DNA from: Takakia lepidozioides
Taxonomy: Eukaryota; Plantae; Bryophyta
DNA length: 64,000 bases
NCBI GenBank assembly: GCA_030704615.1
Contig: CM060732.1
Span: 57,722,001 to 57,786,000, forward strand
Direction of reading: 5' to 3'
Shown here piece by piece: positions 25,601 to 39,542 of this stretch. Numbering within the stretch: position 1 is the first letter of the stretch; every line of letters starts with the position of its first letter. Made by a program: the position numbers and the translations under genes. The notes beneath the pieces are model-generated. The model saw only the letters and a program-made list of their open reading frames with translations. It had not been told where the DNA came from and did not search any database.

Positions 25601-27183
25601 TTCTATCTTGACCTCTTCCCTCCGGAATTTTTCTATGCACCACATTCAAATTGAACGTCTCACAGATCTCTTAATGTTAAGAATACCGGACATGGTGCCT
25701 AGAACTGCATCGAACTTGGGCAGTTTTTGGCCACATAACTGGAAATGCAGCACCGAATTTATCGACACGAAAGTGGTCAGAAGTACCAATATCAAGCACT
25801 TTGGCACACTGAGGAAACAACTCCTTATCCACTATGATATAATCCACAATGAGCCATTCCCCAGTTTGGGCTTTTTCACGAGTCCACTGCAAAGGGTCTT
25901 TTTTCGCTCTCCAACCAGTCAAGGGTCGAATGTCTCTGAGTTTAATTTGCTCTGGGACTCTAACTATGTAGCATTCTTAGACATAGTCACCTTTAATGCA
26001 CCTCTATTACCAAGTCTCAAGGGAGAGGGAGAAGGAGAGAGAGTCTTTGCAACAAGATTGAGAAAGAGAGTTCAAGTCTTATGGATCTCTTTGTGTTGCT
26101 TGCAGGCAAAGGAAGCAGCTCTGCTGGGGTCAGAATCCTCCCCATCACCATCATCCTTCTGTGCATGCTGTTTCTCTACCATAGACATGGAGTGTTCCTG
26201 TGACTCCATCTCTTCGTCCATCTCTGAGCTCTCTCCGGTGGCAGATGCAGACACTTTGTTACAGTCATCACAAGAAGTGCAACCATCAAATCAGAAGGAG
26301 TTGTTGGCCATTTCTGGTGAGAGTGCCCCTGCCCCGATTTCTTGGAGATTGAAGGGCTCAATGCGTGTCCGCTGGTGGGATGAGGTGAGAAGTTTTGACT
26401 AGCACAGCTGGTTAATTTCTCAAGTTTGCTGCTTTCTGGCACAACATCTGCTAATCACCTTTACTAAAATTGGGGTGACGTTCTGAAGTCTCCTTGGTGT
26501 ATGATGACAGGTGGATAATCAGGGAGACAAAGAAAATCAGGCAGGTGCTGGGCAGGAGACTGATTTGCTTCCAGAGAACCCTTGTTTTAGTCCTCACCAT
26601 CTGACTTCTGCCCCAAGAAAATCCTGCCTTCGTGTGGTATGTTATCATGCACTATTAGTGGCAAGTGCTGTCCACTTCTTCCCGTCATTCTTCCATGGGT
26701 CTTGTTGACTTGCAATGGCATAGGTGGAATAATGCCATGACACAGGAAGAGAAGTTACTTGTTGTAGCCTTGTGGGAATAAATCCCCTACCCACTGTGGA
26801 CAAAGCAAGAGGAGGGAAAGGGGAGTGAGAAGTGAAGTAGCACAGAGGCCAGTGACTTTATGGAAGGTACATGGATTTTCTGGTTTTTGATCTATACTCC
26901 TTGAGGGGTGTGTACTTGTCTGTCAAAATCCCCATTCAGGTTGGCTGCTGCTGTGGAGTGATTTTGTTAAATATCGTCTTAATGGGTAAAACTTAAGAGG
27001 GAAGAAGGGGGCTACTAACCAAACCTGAATCACTCACAGAAGCTCGTAATTCTTCTGTTGCTTGGCAAGGTGCAGAAGCGATGCAGTGTGCGATTACAAA
27101 CTCAACAGCAACGAAGACCACTTGGGCGTGCTCAACGGGTCAACTTAGGTAAAGCTGTCCGTGTACCCCAAGGTCTGCGATGA
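22687..27183 (+). CDS. Uncharacterised Ser-rich protein, ~409 aa, 3 exons
   Basis: Exons 22687-22984 (CAG|GTATGC, phase 1), 23883-24700 (CTGCAG|; CAG|GTAACA, phase 0) and 27070-27183 (GCAAG|GTG..TGA). The C-terminus is helical/basic: WAHWWRSVGRVKEELSLVMEHLQVQKR...GRAQRV. No recognisable domain. Confidence 0.6.
25310..25910 (-). mobile_element. Older degenerate fragments of the same LINE family
   Basis: QQIDACAKGFLE and QWTREKAQTGE..IVDYIIVDK.LFPQCA..DIGTSDHF align to the long copy, with large internal deletions. Confidence 0.8.
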
Positions 27184-27812
27184 AGAAGCCAAACTTCCAG
27201 TGACTCAGATAAGCCAAGCTGAGGTGCAGGCCATGATTTTTTGGAATAAAGATAATTAGGATGTTTTGCACAGATCGACCTTCAAACTGCCCCCGGGATC
27301 AGGTGTGCACTCTTTACAAACACTGGGATAAGTTAACGCGCAGAGCACAGGATTCTGAAGATGGGGAGAAGTTTCAAATAAAAGTTGGTTGAAGTACACT
27401 GAATTTTAGAATAAAAATGTGTGGAATGTGCTGTGGATGAAAGGGCCAGGTGTCAAAGCCATGTTCAAGGCAGGAGTAGTAGTTTTAGCTACCTGGATTC
27501 AAGGATGCTGTGCTGAGATTGTCCTTTCAGACTAGAACAAAGACCACAATGGAAGTTTGCAGCCATTGACAACTACTTATGTCCATACAGTTTTTATTAT
27601 TTACAAGGTAATAACAAACCACCATGGAGTTCACGAAAATGTACATATACTTATCGAATGTCCTACAATGCTTGTAATATGTGAGCTGTGTGAACCAAGG
27701 TGGTCAAGTTTCCATTAAGTTTGCACAGCCATGATGGCACATGGCCAGTGACAATCACCCTCTCCATTAGGAGCTCTTAATCAGTGCGGCTCTTAATGGG
27801 GTGAACACTATC

Positions 27813-29493
27813 TTATTCCCAAATGCGCTTACCAAACTGAGAGACTTGTTGAATCTCCGAAGAGCTGGAGTCGACATGAGAGTTGAAGAATACAATCATT
27901 TTATCATACAAATCCTCCTTTGCTCGTGTACTGAGGATGAAGTCTATATGTCCGTAGTTCTCAACATACACCATCTCAGGTAAGCTTTGCAATTCATCAA
28001 CTGTGCGGGCCACATCGACCGGATCTGACAACGCATCGTTACCTCCCGCTGCCATCCACAAGGGTAACGATCCGGGAATGGTGGAGAGGTCATATGTGGG
28101 TGGTGAGAGCCTCGTGTAATGCCTCAAGTTCCCAAGATACCCATAGTCATATTTTCTGAAGGTTCCTTGCCGTATCATTTGGGCAAGGTGAGCTAAGTTC
28201 TTTAGAGATGTAGAGTGTGGTTCAAACTGCAAATAATATGGTATTCGTGTACAGTTGAAGCAGCAGTTAGGCCCTGTGATAGCTGTGAGAAAGTCCCCAC
28301 AATCCACGTCCCCCCTCATGCAAATCCAGTCCACAAGCTGCACTCCCAATTCGTTCCGAAGGTTGAATTCCCTCACACCCATCGTCTTGACCATCTTGTC
28401 AATGTAATGGTGTGCCGCAGCATTGATGAATGATGAAGTGATATGGTCAAGGTACGAAATAGGGCTCAGCATCGCCGCAGCAGCCACCATAACTGTCACA
28501 CCTGGTTGGGTGAAGGCTGCCAGCCCCATGATGGTGCCCTATGGGACAGACATCCACATATAGATAATTAAAGGCAAGTACAAGAGAAATGATGGAAAGG
28601 TGGAGTTATCACTGCATACACTTCAACAGGTCTTGAAGAGCTTGTGAAGAGCCTATTACAGAGGTCACACGACAAATTGTCCATCAATCAGGAAAAAAGA
28701 CAAGGAGGAGATGAAAGTGTGTAGAAGTGGGAAGCCTTGGCAAGATTCGCAAGTGAATTCAGAGGAGATATCAGAAGACCACCTCACCTGGCCTCATATT
28801 TAGGTACTCTGAGATCTCGAATTCAGTAGGCCTCATATTCAGTGGGGATTTGTAGTGTACTCTTCTATGTGCTCAAGATTCCTAGAACTCGTAGAACCAA
28901 TGATGAGGGCATTGTGAAGGTGTGGCTTGCAAGCTTACCTGAGAATGGCCCACATAGAAAACCCGGGAGCCAGTAGTGTGGAAGATGAATTCGATCATAG
29001 CAGGCAGATCATATGTTGCAAGCTCATCCCATGTCCAGTCCCAGAAACTTTTGTCACCTTCTAAGTAAGAGATGTGACCGTGGCTCCATCGAGTGCAGCG
29101 CACATTGCCAATCCAAACATCAAACCCCTCGTCAGCAAGAATGAACCCTAGAGACTGCGTGGGAGGATTCAACACCCAATTGTCGCCTCCCTGAAGTAAA
29201 CCATGCTGTAGAAGCACAGGGGGCCTTTCATTTTTCCTCCCTTGGATCCCGCCCCGGTCACTGCCGCCATAGCCATAAGAAATCCGTTGCAAACCTAGGA
29301 GAAATCCGTCCCCGGTTGCCACCGTGTATTCAATGCAAGGATAGCCAGTGCCTAAAATCACGGTGCTGCACATATCAGCGCCTTCATCCTTTCGGGATTT
29401 GCTTACTGACTCGTATTGTGCTGCTATTCGACAAGTCGACATATGCACTGCTAGGGCAGCAAGGAAGACACACACCAGGAGTTTATTATCCAT
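27813..29493 (-). CDS. LIP1: Triacylglycerol lipase 1-like (acid/lysosomal lipase family), ~426 aa, 2 exons
   Basis: Exons 29493-28939 and 28538-27813 with a phase-0 intron. Signal peptide, PPVLLQHGL, LADEGFDVWIGN, GHSQ|GT nucleophile, DALSD and YGHIDF complete the catalytic triad. Confidence 0.9.
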
Positions 29494-32413
29494 GGCCGCA
29501 GATACACAGTGGATTCAAATTACAAATCGACCTCTGTAATTCAAATGAAACCAGTGTTGAAAACATATATCTGAGCGATTCGGAGCTTTGTAATTTCAGT
29601 GCACCACTTTGACCGATCTGATCCGATCAAAAGGAAGAAGATTCAACTTAGATCACAGAGAAGAGAATGCTAACTCTTGGATTTCGGTGCTCTGCAGAAA
29701 CGGAACAAGACTCGACAAGTCCCATGGAATTGCCAACAAGGTGAATTCAGTGCCTCCATTGTTCCACAGCAAGTGGAACAAGACCCACCATAAATTTTAC
29801 ACTTGGATGAGGATGGAACATACCAACGTCCGGGGAGAACCGGCAGCCAGTTACATGCTAGCCGACTGAATTCCAGAATTTCCGAATGAAATATGAAACC
29901 TCAGGAAATGGATCCGATGGGAAAAAATGGCCGAAGTGGAAATCAACCGGGTGCCCTACTTTTAGGAAGGATATTTGCCTTTCCATTTCATTACAGACAG
30001 GAAATCTGCCTTAGTTGGCAAGGCCTGGACGGATTCCGGCCCTTCTTATATTACAAAAAATGGAAATGGCCGTCGAAGTCCACCACATGGCAGAAATCCA
30101 ACGTGCCAGGCCGGGTTACATCCAAGGAAGGGCGTTTAGGTCAAAAAATATTGAACTCAAAGAGGGCGGGCCCGCGGGCAAACCCTACTAAGTCTGGACG
30201 TTGCTCTCGCAGCCCCAGCCCCACGCCTGCTTGCACTCGCTGCCTGCTATCACAGCTCACCCGTCCACGCGGGTTCAATTCTTCTCCATGTGGTTTGAAG
30301 GCATTGACAGGTCCAGCTTCTATAAGGATACAATGTTCTTCACTTGTTTGAATTGCTTAAAACTGGTTGTGATTATTTATTATTATTATTATGTACTTAT
30401 TGTTGTGCATTTGACACCTGTGTTGTCAACCGGTTGATATTTATAAGGGCCGGATTTATAGCTGAACACAAAATAAATCATTAGGAATATTACCGGTTGT
30501 AAAGAAATTATCTCGGAAATTGACCGGGTATAGTTACCACTAAGGGGCAGCAACCGAGTGCCCAACCCACTTAGCCGATTGCTGCTGGGACTGAGCGGCT
30601 ACCGGCTGGTTCAACTGAAATTATTTCCCGGACGCTGGAACATACGACTTGTAATTTCACGCACAAACATCGACATGATCATTAGGGCTCCTGCACCCTG
30701 CAAGATGGTGAGTTCAAATCTGGTAGGCCAAGCGCTGTCTCGTTATGTTTCATCCGTGGCTAAGTGCGGAGACCTAAAAAGTAGGCAAAAAGCGGGTCTT
30801 TTATAGTTTTGTGCTCGGAAACGCAAAGGAGCCCTACCCTCGTCTCTCCGTGGACTAGGCTTGCGTTACATTTCTTCTAGCTCGAGGAGGTTGTGGGCAG
30901 TGTTGCAATCTGTGAAGAGGTTTAGTTCTTACAAGTGAATTGGAAGCTATCTGCTTGCAGTTCCTAGTTTAGTCACTGCGGAGATTCCTGGTGGGGGTAG
31001 GCCGCATCTCCTTCGCGTCAATCTGTCTCGTCGAATTGCAGTTCAACTTCATTTCCAGGGGTTTTAAGCTTTATATTGAGGGCTTCCGTGCTCTGGTGAG
31101 ACCCTCATTTCCTGTCTGCTCTGTATGCCGAATCACGTTGTGCCAAGCCTGATTCCAGTGATTCTCCAAGTAGCTTGTTTGTTTCAGCGCGCGTAGCTTT
31201 ATAGCTCTGCTTTCTGCAATAAAAATTTACGTGGAAGTGGGCTGTGTTATGTTTCTTGGACTCGTACTGAGATGATGGTGATATAGGGTTAATATGGTCA
31301 GTTCATCTGGTGAGTCTGACCGGGATAGATGTTGTTGTGACTATCTTATTGCCTTGGACTTAACGGTGATCGAATCTTGTAGCTCGGTGGAAAGAAAGTG
31401 TAACTGGCTGGTTTTTTGCATTAGTCATGATCTGTCTGTTTTCCCGAAACTCCTCTTGAGCCTTCTTTCGGCAAGTCAATTAAACGCAAAGAACTAAGAA
31501 AGCAGAGGGTGCTTCTGTAAAGCCTTTTGATTTCACAAGGCTGGTTCACCAGTGGATGCTATCTGGCTAGGGTTTGATAAGGGTCCGGATGCAGGGGGTT
31601 TTCATCATTGCCATGGGCTTGCTAGGTTGATATGTCGGTATTGTCATGTTGCTATCTGAGCTTTGCCTGCTAAATGGTAGCCGACATGTGGGCTGACTTT
31701 TCCCAGTACGTCGTGAGGGTGGCAGAAAGTCAGTACTTATGTGGTATGGATTTATGAATTATACAGTATGAAGTGAGAGTGTTATGTGTGATCTACGCCC
31801 ACTAGCAGATGAAGTGGCAGCTTGTCACTCCACACATGATGAAGTTGCGGGTCCAAGCCTTTGTGATTGACAGCATAATCTTATGACTGCACTCTCTATG
31901 TTGTGCAAGTTTAGGTCTAACATGGACTGGTGTAACGTCTGTTGGGTACCACTAAACATCTTTGTGGAGTTGTTACTCTGCTACACAGATGATCTTGATG
32001 TTGTTATGTTGCTACATGTTGCCTGCCTCAGGTTCATAGAGTTTGTTGGATATGTACAAGCAATTGTCTGACGATTGGACATACATTGGGTTTTCTGTTT
32101 CAACTGTTCATCCCATGTGGGTGTCGGACCTGCTCTGTGTGGTCTAACTGCTTTTGTTGAGACTGGTCTTGCTAAACCACGGATTGCATGTATGCCTCTA
32201 CACCGTCATTTCCAATGGGTCAATTGCTTGCATCTAAGGACTCATCCCAAGACATTTTTGTGTTGGAAACTGTGTTTTACGCTCCTGGATGGGATAAACT
32301 GGGGTTTTATCCCTGGTCATGAGATGTTGCTCTGCCGCTTCTCAGGCACAGGTTTTCGTAGTTTCTGACAGTGTGTGGTCGGTATGGTAGGTCAATCTGC
32401 AAAGCAGTTGACT

Positions 32414-34940
32414 ATGTCAAACAGAAACCGGATGGCCGGCCCTCATGTGCTTAACGCACGGTCAGGTCCTCAGCCGGGTGGCATGCGTCCTGGCCCTGGA
32501 CCATATGGGCAACCAGTTCGGCCACAGATGGTTGGACAGCCACAAGTAATGCCCGGTGGTCCTCCTCCAGGAATGCTGGAGCAGAAGATCACCACCCAGC
32601 ACAATGAGATACAGAGGCTTTTGACCGAGAATCAGCGACTTGCTGCCACTCATGTCGCTCTTAGGCAGGAGCTGGCTGCTGCACAGCAAGAAATACAGAG
32701 GATGCAGGGATTGATTGCAGGTATCCAGTCGGAAAAGGATGGCCAAATCAGAGCTCTCTTGGACAAGTCGGCCAAATTGGAAGCTGATTTGCGGACAACT
32801 GAGCCTCTCAAATCAGAGCTTCACCAAGCACGCAATGATTGCCAAAAGCTGCATGTACATTCTCAAGAGCTTGCTCAGCAGGTCCGGACAATGACGCAGG
32901 AGCTGCAACGTTCGCGTGGGGAGATCCAGCAGGTTCCTTCTATGCGTTCAGAGATTGAAACCCTTCGACAGGAGCTTCAGCGCGCCAGGTTGTGTATCTG
33001 TCATGCGTCGATGATGCCAAGAGATAGAGAGATGATGCCAACTGAAGTTAGTGTGAATAAGAACCTCTTTACCATATGGGTACTGTCCCCTTTAGGGGGG
33101 ATGATAACAACAGCAAGTGCACTTGGAAATGTTCATTACATCTGCTTTGCAATAGACCTATGGAGAATATCTGACCTCTTCAATGTGCTTTCTGATGTGT
33201 TACTTGTGAAAGTTGTGTGAGCAGAAATGCCTTTGATTACGAGAAGAAGGCAAATGCTGAGCAGCTGGAGCAGAGACAGGCGATGGAAAAAAATCTTGTC
33301 ATTATGGCCAGAGATGTGGAGAAGCTTCGGGCAGAGCTTACAAATGCAGAGAAAAGAGCACAGCTAAATGCAGGTAAGCTGCTGCTATCAGTCAATTTGT
33401 CAGCTAAATGCAAGCTTAGACCAGTCCCAGGCTTTTAAGTCTCATCTCATACTTGTCTTGCGTGGAGATTGTCCACTATCAACGCACAGTGGACCACTGT
33501 ACTAAATCCAAGTACGGATTCTGTAGTCCCCATGCTTGAAATTAATTCAATAGAATCAATGCACCAAGTCCCCCCTGCATAGCACTTCCTGTGGCCACCT
33601 TAAACCAATTTGTAACCTGTGTATTATTAGAGTGTATCGCTATTCAATGCTGGTGCTTGGTCGAAGTGCCAAGTCCCTGCTGCATAGGGCTTCCTGTGGC
33701 TATGTAGAGCCAATTCATAACCTGCGTATTATTAGAACGCTCGCTGTTTGAGGCTTGCGCTTAGTCCCAATTCAGTGTAAGTATGTCTCTTTGTAAATTG
33801 TGACGAGGTTCTGAAGTCAGGATGAAATTGGGCTTCCTGCATAGGGCTTTTTGTGGCTATCTAGAACCAATTCATATCCTATGTATCAGTAGAATGCATC
33901 GCTGTTTGAGGCTTGTGCTTAGTCCCAATCCAGTGTAAGTATGTCTCTTTGTAAATTGCGATGAGGTTCTGAAGTCAAGATGGAATTGGCTGATATTGAT
34001 ACAATCCAATCTAGCTTCTTGTTAGTCTCTGCTTACAAATTGCATTTTACAAGTTCTTTTCTTGATGCAACTGATGCAACCTTTTAAGATGTATGTTTTG
34101 CAAAGGGCTTGCTGCGGCCCTCAAATGTGCAAGAGTAAAGATTTGAATGCTATGCATGTCACTTGACTATGGTGACTGTGCCTGTGGCTAATACCAGGAG
34201 TTTCAACATACAATGGGGGATATCCTGTCCCAGATGTCTCTTACAGCTCCATGCCTCAGCAGGTTTATGGGGATGGTTATGGCATGCATTCCCATGTAAG
34301 CTCTTCTCTGACATGAGAATTCTCCTCTGATCTCACAAAAATATATCGTCTGACATGGATGTGAGTTCTCTTATGTTGAAACGGTTTCTTTGTACAGAGA
34401 TCATTAGACTCCACTAAGGACATGTTAGCAGCTCGACCTGTGGACTTTGCTTTGAGCCCTGCTACAGGGAGACATCAGGGTTTGAGCTTTTTACCCGGGC
34501 ATGTGTATAAGTTTACATCTGCTCGGCTGACTCTATATCTTTCACCTGGCCTTCCTGTAGTACCAAGAATTAAAGTGTACGATTACTAAGTTTTGAAGTC
34601 CATGTGACCATGCTGGTTGCTGATAAAGGTAGGGTAGAGGCTGGGAGCTCACCAGTTGGGACCCATGTGAATCTGGGGTGGCTCTCCCATTTGTCAACGA
34701 ATATTTCTATGTTTCTTAGATACTGTAGCGGTCTTAGGTTTACAAATTACAGTACATTCCCCAATCGTAATTTTCAAGGTCAATGCTACATGTGTAAGGT
34801 CGCTCATAGGTGCCACGCTTGTTACCATTCAGATGCCGCTTGCTGTGGAGAATGGTGTGCCGTATTCAAATGGATCAACCCCGACCTGGGGAACTTATGA
34901 TATGCAACGTCATGTGGGAATACCTCACGGACGTAGATGA
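32414..34940 (+). CDS. FLX-like (FLC EXPRESSOR-like) coiled-coil protein, 309 aa (short isoform)
   Basis: Exons 32414-32988, 33225-33373, 34198-34295 and 34833-34940. Family motifs [70 protein letters not shown] and C-terminal [12 protein letters not shown] probable 5' UTR exon ends near 31095. Confidence 0.9.
33560..33990. repeat. Three diverged tandem repeats (~105-157 bp) in FLX intron 2
   Basis: CTGCATAG..CTT..TGTGGC...CCAATT..TA.CCT..GTAT recurs at ~33574, ~33679 and ~33836. Confidence 0.85.
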
Positions 34941-37900
34941 GCGGAGGACAGTCTTTGGGAGGAAATGCAGTCTGTTGTCATTTAGGTCATCTTGCAGCCT
35001 TACAATGCCAACATAGTGACTAGGTATTCCATCCTAGTTCTAGTTCTTTCTCCTACTGTCTGAGTGGTTACAAAGGTCTGTTCAGTTCCTCAGGAATTCA
35101 TAGGAAATCATGGTGGCAATGGTTGCAGCAGGTATGTAGTCCTACAAAGCATAGAGCTGACGTGCCATTTTAGGGGTTCCATATCTTCTGGTCCTAGGCG
35201 CTGTTTGTAGATGTCTTAGATGCCACAGTAGGCTGGTAGCTGTCTGCTCCAGCTGTAGCAACTCTGTTACAGAGCTGGTCGTGCAAATGGAGACATGCAG
35301 ATTCCTACTTCTCAAAGAGATGTGATCCTTGTATCGGTAGAGTACAGTGGGCTTAGCCAAAGCTGGCATGTAGGCTTATAAGTTTCTCATATCGTATGAA
35401 GTTCCGTGTTTGCCGTATTTGATTTGTACCATGAAGTCTCTGTCAAGACTTTATGAATGAGCTTGCGGGACCATATGTCTTCATGTCAAACATGACGATT
35501 CCCCGCCCGAGTGGTCGATGGCTGTTGGTCGTACCCACTTTTACTGAAGCTCAATAATGCTGGTGCACTCTGAGGGACCTACTTGTATCGTCCCAGTAGG
35601 TTTTGTGTCCATCCAGGCATGCAGTCTAACTACTGGGCCGGTTGAATATTTTGTTTCAAAAATATATGCGTAACTCTTTTCAGTTCTGTCTTTGTGCAAA
35701 AAGGAATCCTCAGATTTAGGGAGTGGAAGGAATTGGACTTTGTATGTCCCTTATTCTGTGAGCCTCTGATAGACTCTTTATTGTCCAGCTTCTAGAGAAG
35801 TCTTGAACTTTGTCCAAGGGTCAGACAAGTAGTTGGTTCACTGTGATTTGAATTTTGACTATGATGTAGTAGTATTACTACAGCTCCTTAAATCAAGTGC
35901 TCCGCTGAGTATTATTACTCTGAGCAATGGCACTTGTCTCACTTGGTCAGTCTGTTTGTTTGGCTGATCTAGGCTCTTGCAGTGTTAACATCTTTGAAGT
36001 TGTCATTCAACTTGGGGTAAAATCAGATTTTCTCCAAATTTTCATAGGTCACTTTTGTCAACGGGGATACATGCAAGTGGACGTACTGTGTTTATCTTCT
36101 GGCAAGGATGTAGTAAACTACTGCAGGATATTTATTCAAAACTTTCTTTTGTACAATTCACTTTTGATTAATGAGGTAACCTTGTATTAAACGAGTCCTC
36201 CACCTCTCATTGCTGGGAGGTAATGCAGAAGCCTAGATGTTAGCATCTGTTGTTGAGATACCATAAAGATTAGATGAAGTTTCTTCAAGTTCATCCTTGG
36301 CATGGGCTGTACTATGTAGACATTCTGAAGGCGGTGCTAGTGCAGTCAAGATGCACTCATTTTAGGAAATTTGAGGAGCATTGTGTACAACCTTTTTGAG
36401 TATGAGGACCAGTCTGAATTTAGTTTAAAAGCTGGAGAATTGTGTAGACGGTGTAGTTAGGTAGACGGTGCTTGCTAATCCTCGTCTCTTGTGGCTTCAT
36501 CAGTGACACATGTATAAGTCGTGACTGGAGTGCTGTGAAACAGTCCAAAAGCATATATGTAGTTAGCCAGGAAAGCTGTGAATGTCCAGGAAAGAACCAA
36601 AGCAATTGTCATTGTCTAATAGTGCATTGGAAGGAAGGAAGAATATTTGGATTTGTGGAGGAGAATGGAAGATGTATATGTATATATACATATATATGTC
36701 GAAATCTTTTCATGCAAGCTCTATTTTTCATTCTCCCGAGATAGTGGGCTGTCATCCTACTTAAGACTCCAGGAGTGCTCAGCTTGAGGCTTCTGAAGTA
36801 CCTCTTTCAGTACTATGGACAGATTTTCTACAAGGATGGCAGCTCTTTTGGACAAAGTTTTGCTGTATGGGAGAATAGACACTGAGATATACTTGAGATG
36901 CCTGGGGCTGAGGATCTCATTACCCAGCCCCCGCTCAATTTTGATGATGAGCATGGCTGCGCTGACCATGGATTGGGAGACTACAGCCAATCTATCTTGT
37001 GGTGTGGTGGTCAATTCCAGGAAGCTGGGGACTGGTTGGATGTGCTCCATATTCCCTGTTTTTCCATCTCTGCCTTCATCAAGGATTCTGCATAGAAAGA
37101 GTTGTTAAGGTTATTGTGCGTCAGAGGTTAACACATTCCCTCTACGGTACAATTAACTGCTGTCCTGCAGTCCCTTTAGGTTTTGATTTATTCCTAACTA
37201 CGCATCAACATTTGTTTTACACGGTTCACCAATGTTTCTTGTCTCGAGTTTGTTACATCCCGTGGTAAGTTAAAGACGATTTTAGATGTTTGTGCTGTAC
37301 TGATAGTCAGCGTAGTAAAACATGACAATCAATGTAGTGTCTTTGGAACCAATGATAAAAGGTTTACAGACTTGTCCATATCTGCGCAAGTAATGAGCTG
37401 TGAGAACCTTGTGACCAATGGACCTGAAAGACTTCAACTTCGATGGAGAGGTAAAGAAACGTATAATAAATTGTGCTTTAATTGAACTCCAATTTTTTCA
37501 AATTGAACTTCCATTGGAACGAATTTCCGTACCCTTTGGACATAGCCACTGCCATCTCGGACGCAGGCATAGTTTCAAGATTGTCCATCTCTGTTTTGGC
37601 AACGATTGCTCTAGCATATGGTGCTCATATCTGTGGTAGAGAAAGGAGAAAGGTTTTGTGGGCTTTTCACATTCTCTAACAATCCAAGGTATATCACAGC
37701 AAGTAAAGAGTATGTGAGAGCTGAGACACATACTCCTGAAGTGTTTATAAAGTCCCCAGGATCCTCAGGTTCTGTCTGCAGTTACTAGTCTGCAAGTTTT
37801 CTCCGCTCAGCAGCAATTGCAATCTTGCAGGTCAATATGTGTCTTAGCTGTGAGCATTGTGGCGTGTGTTACCACCGCCCGTCATGAGACAATAAGCCTT

Positions 37901-39542
37901 TCAATTCAGCTACCATTCTTATGATATAAGTATACTTCCAATTTCAGTTACTTCAGTCACATTTTTTTAGTATGCTACCTCTGGAGGGGTGTCAATTATT
38001 ATTGTTGGTCAATCATAAAGGACTTTTACAGAGCAAAGATCTGTGATCCCCACTACTTTTGGTGTAAATCTTCCGCATAGAATGATTACATTTGAGCAGA
38101 AAGACTCTGGTAGGTCAAATACCATCCTGGCATTATAAGGATGCATATTTTCTGGCGCAAAGTTGTGGTGCCATGCGATACTGAAGAAGCACGGGTGAAT
38201 GACGCTCCCAGTTGGCAAGTAAGTTCCTGCAACCTGCAGATGTGTTTGAGAAGAACCGAAAGATTGTAATTCCAGTGGCTCTTTGCTTGTGGCTGGAGTG
38301 ATGTTCGGACTCTTTCATCAGAATGCGGATGTGCCTTGAACTTGGCTCAGGCATGAGCACCTGCAAGCAAGTCCAGGAAGCATCCATCCTCTGAGGTAAC
38401 CTGAGAGGATGGCAAGTTGTAATCTTGGATTCTAAGTATCACCACAGGCAAGTTTTTGTTGACAATTCATCCCTTGAGCATAGGTCAGACAAGTAATTTT
38501 GGGGAGGAGATGGGTCTCAGATGGTCAACATGGTTCATTTTCTGGCCTGTTTATCAAGTTGTATAAAAACTGAGAGGGAATTTAGAAATACAGAGAAATA
38601 CAGAGACCCTGGCATCAGGCTCGGTCTTTTTGAGACTTAGAGCTGAGGCTTGTTCAGGCTAGAGGTCATGTGAAATTGCAACACTTTCCTTTTAGTCCAG
38701 ACAAAGGCAAAGTAATAATCAGATCCCAAACAGTTGCGTTTGAAAAGTTGATAATGGGAATGTTTGTATGGTAAACTCTGTTTTGTATGGCTTAGATTCT
38801 AGCCATTGGGAGTCCTTAGAGGAGCTTACCAGTTATATGCTGTGTTGTCTAATCTGTGCCTAGAGGAAACTGTAGCTGTGGTCTATCGTTGATAGTACTG
38901 TATAAGAGTCTGGGGCAGATCTCAACATGTTGTTTAATCTTGTTCGTTGGTCACTTGATACTTTCCTTAAGGTGGTTCACATATTGCTTTGAACATTTTG
39001 GGCAGCGATGATATGCGCAGTAGTTACTTCGTGTAAGTGCTGTACCCTTTTAGCTGGGTCATCACTGTCAAGTGGGGTGTATAGACCATCTTTATCCTGA
39101 ACTACTATGGGTTTAGTACTCGTGTAGATTGCTGTTAGATGAGCATATGAAAGTTAGCTTCTTCTTAGTGAGATGTTTGTCTTGTGATTGCTTGGTTCCA
39201 GCTGTCCCTGTCTGAGTGGTTTCTAACATTCTTTTCACTTTCTTGTCAGCTTAGGTGCACGTTGGGACAGGGCTTCTTGTAGATTGGATGTCACACATTC
39301 TCTGAGAAATTTTAACCTCTTGCCAGTTAGATCATTGGCATTGTAGTTGATGCACAATGAGATGATGGTGATGCCATTATGGTGTAGAAATACGGTACAA
39401 ACAGCTTCGTCTTCTTTCATGTACTTGGGTTGTTTCTTATGCCAGGTTATATCACCATCTATATGGACTCAGCTTTCTCCTTGTAGGTGGGAAACCGACT
39501 CACACATTCATAATGCACCACATCCTGCATGGGTTTGTGCAG

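Noticed and set aside
25608-26402. 264-aa plus-strand ORF
   Set aside because: It is antisense to LINE remnants, lies within a predicted intron and has no recognisable motifs.
36750-37750. Possible decayed L1-like coding remnants (similar traces near 43400-44440)
   Set aside because: Too degenerate to support without a profile search.
39513-39542. ATG at 39513 as an independent start for the WW-RRM gene
   Set aside because: It lies just upstream of a strong in-phase acceptor in intron-like sequence. Not excluded, but splicing is the simpler reading.
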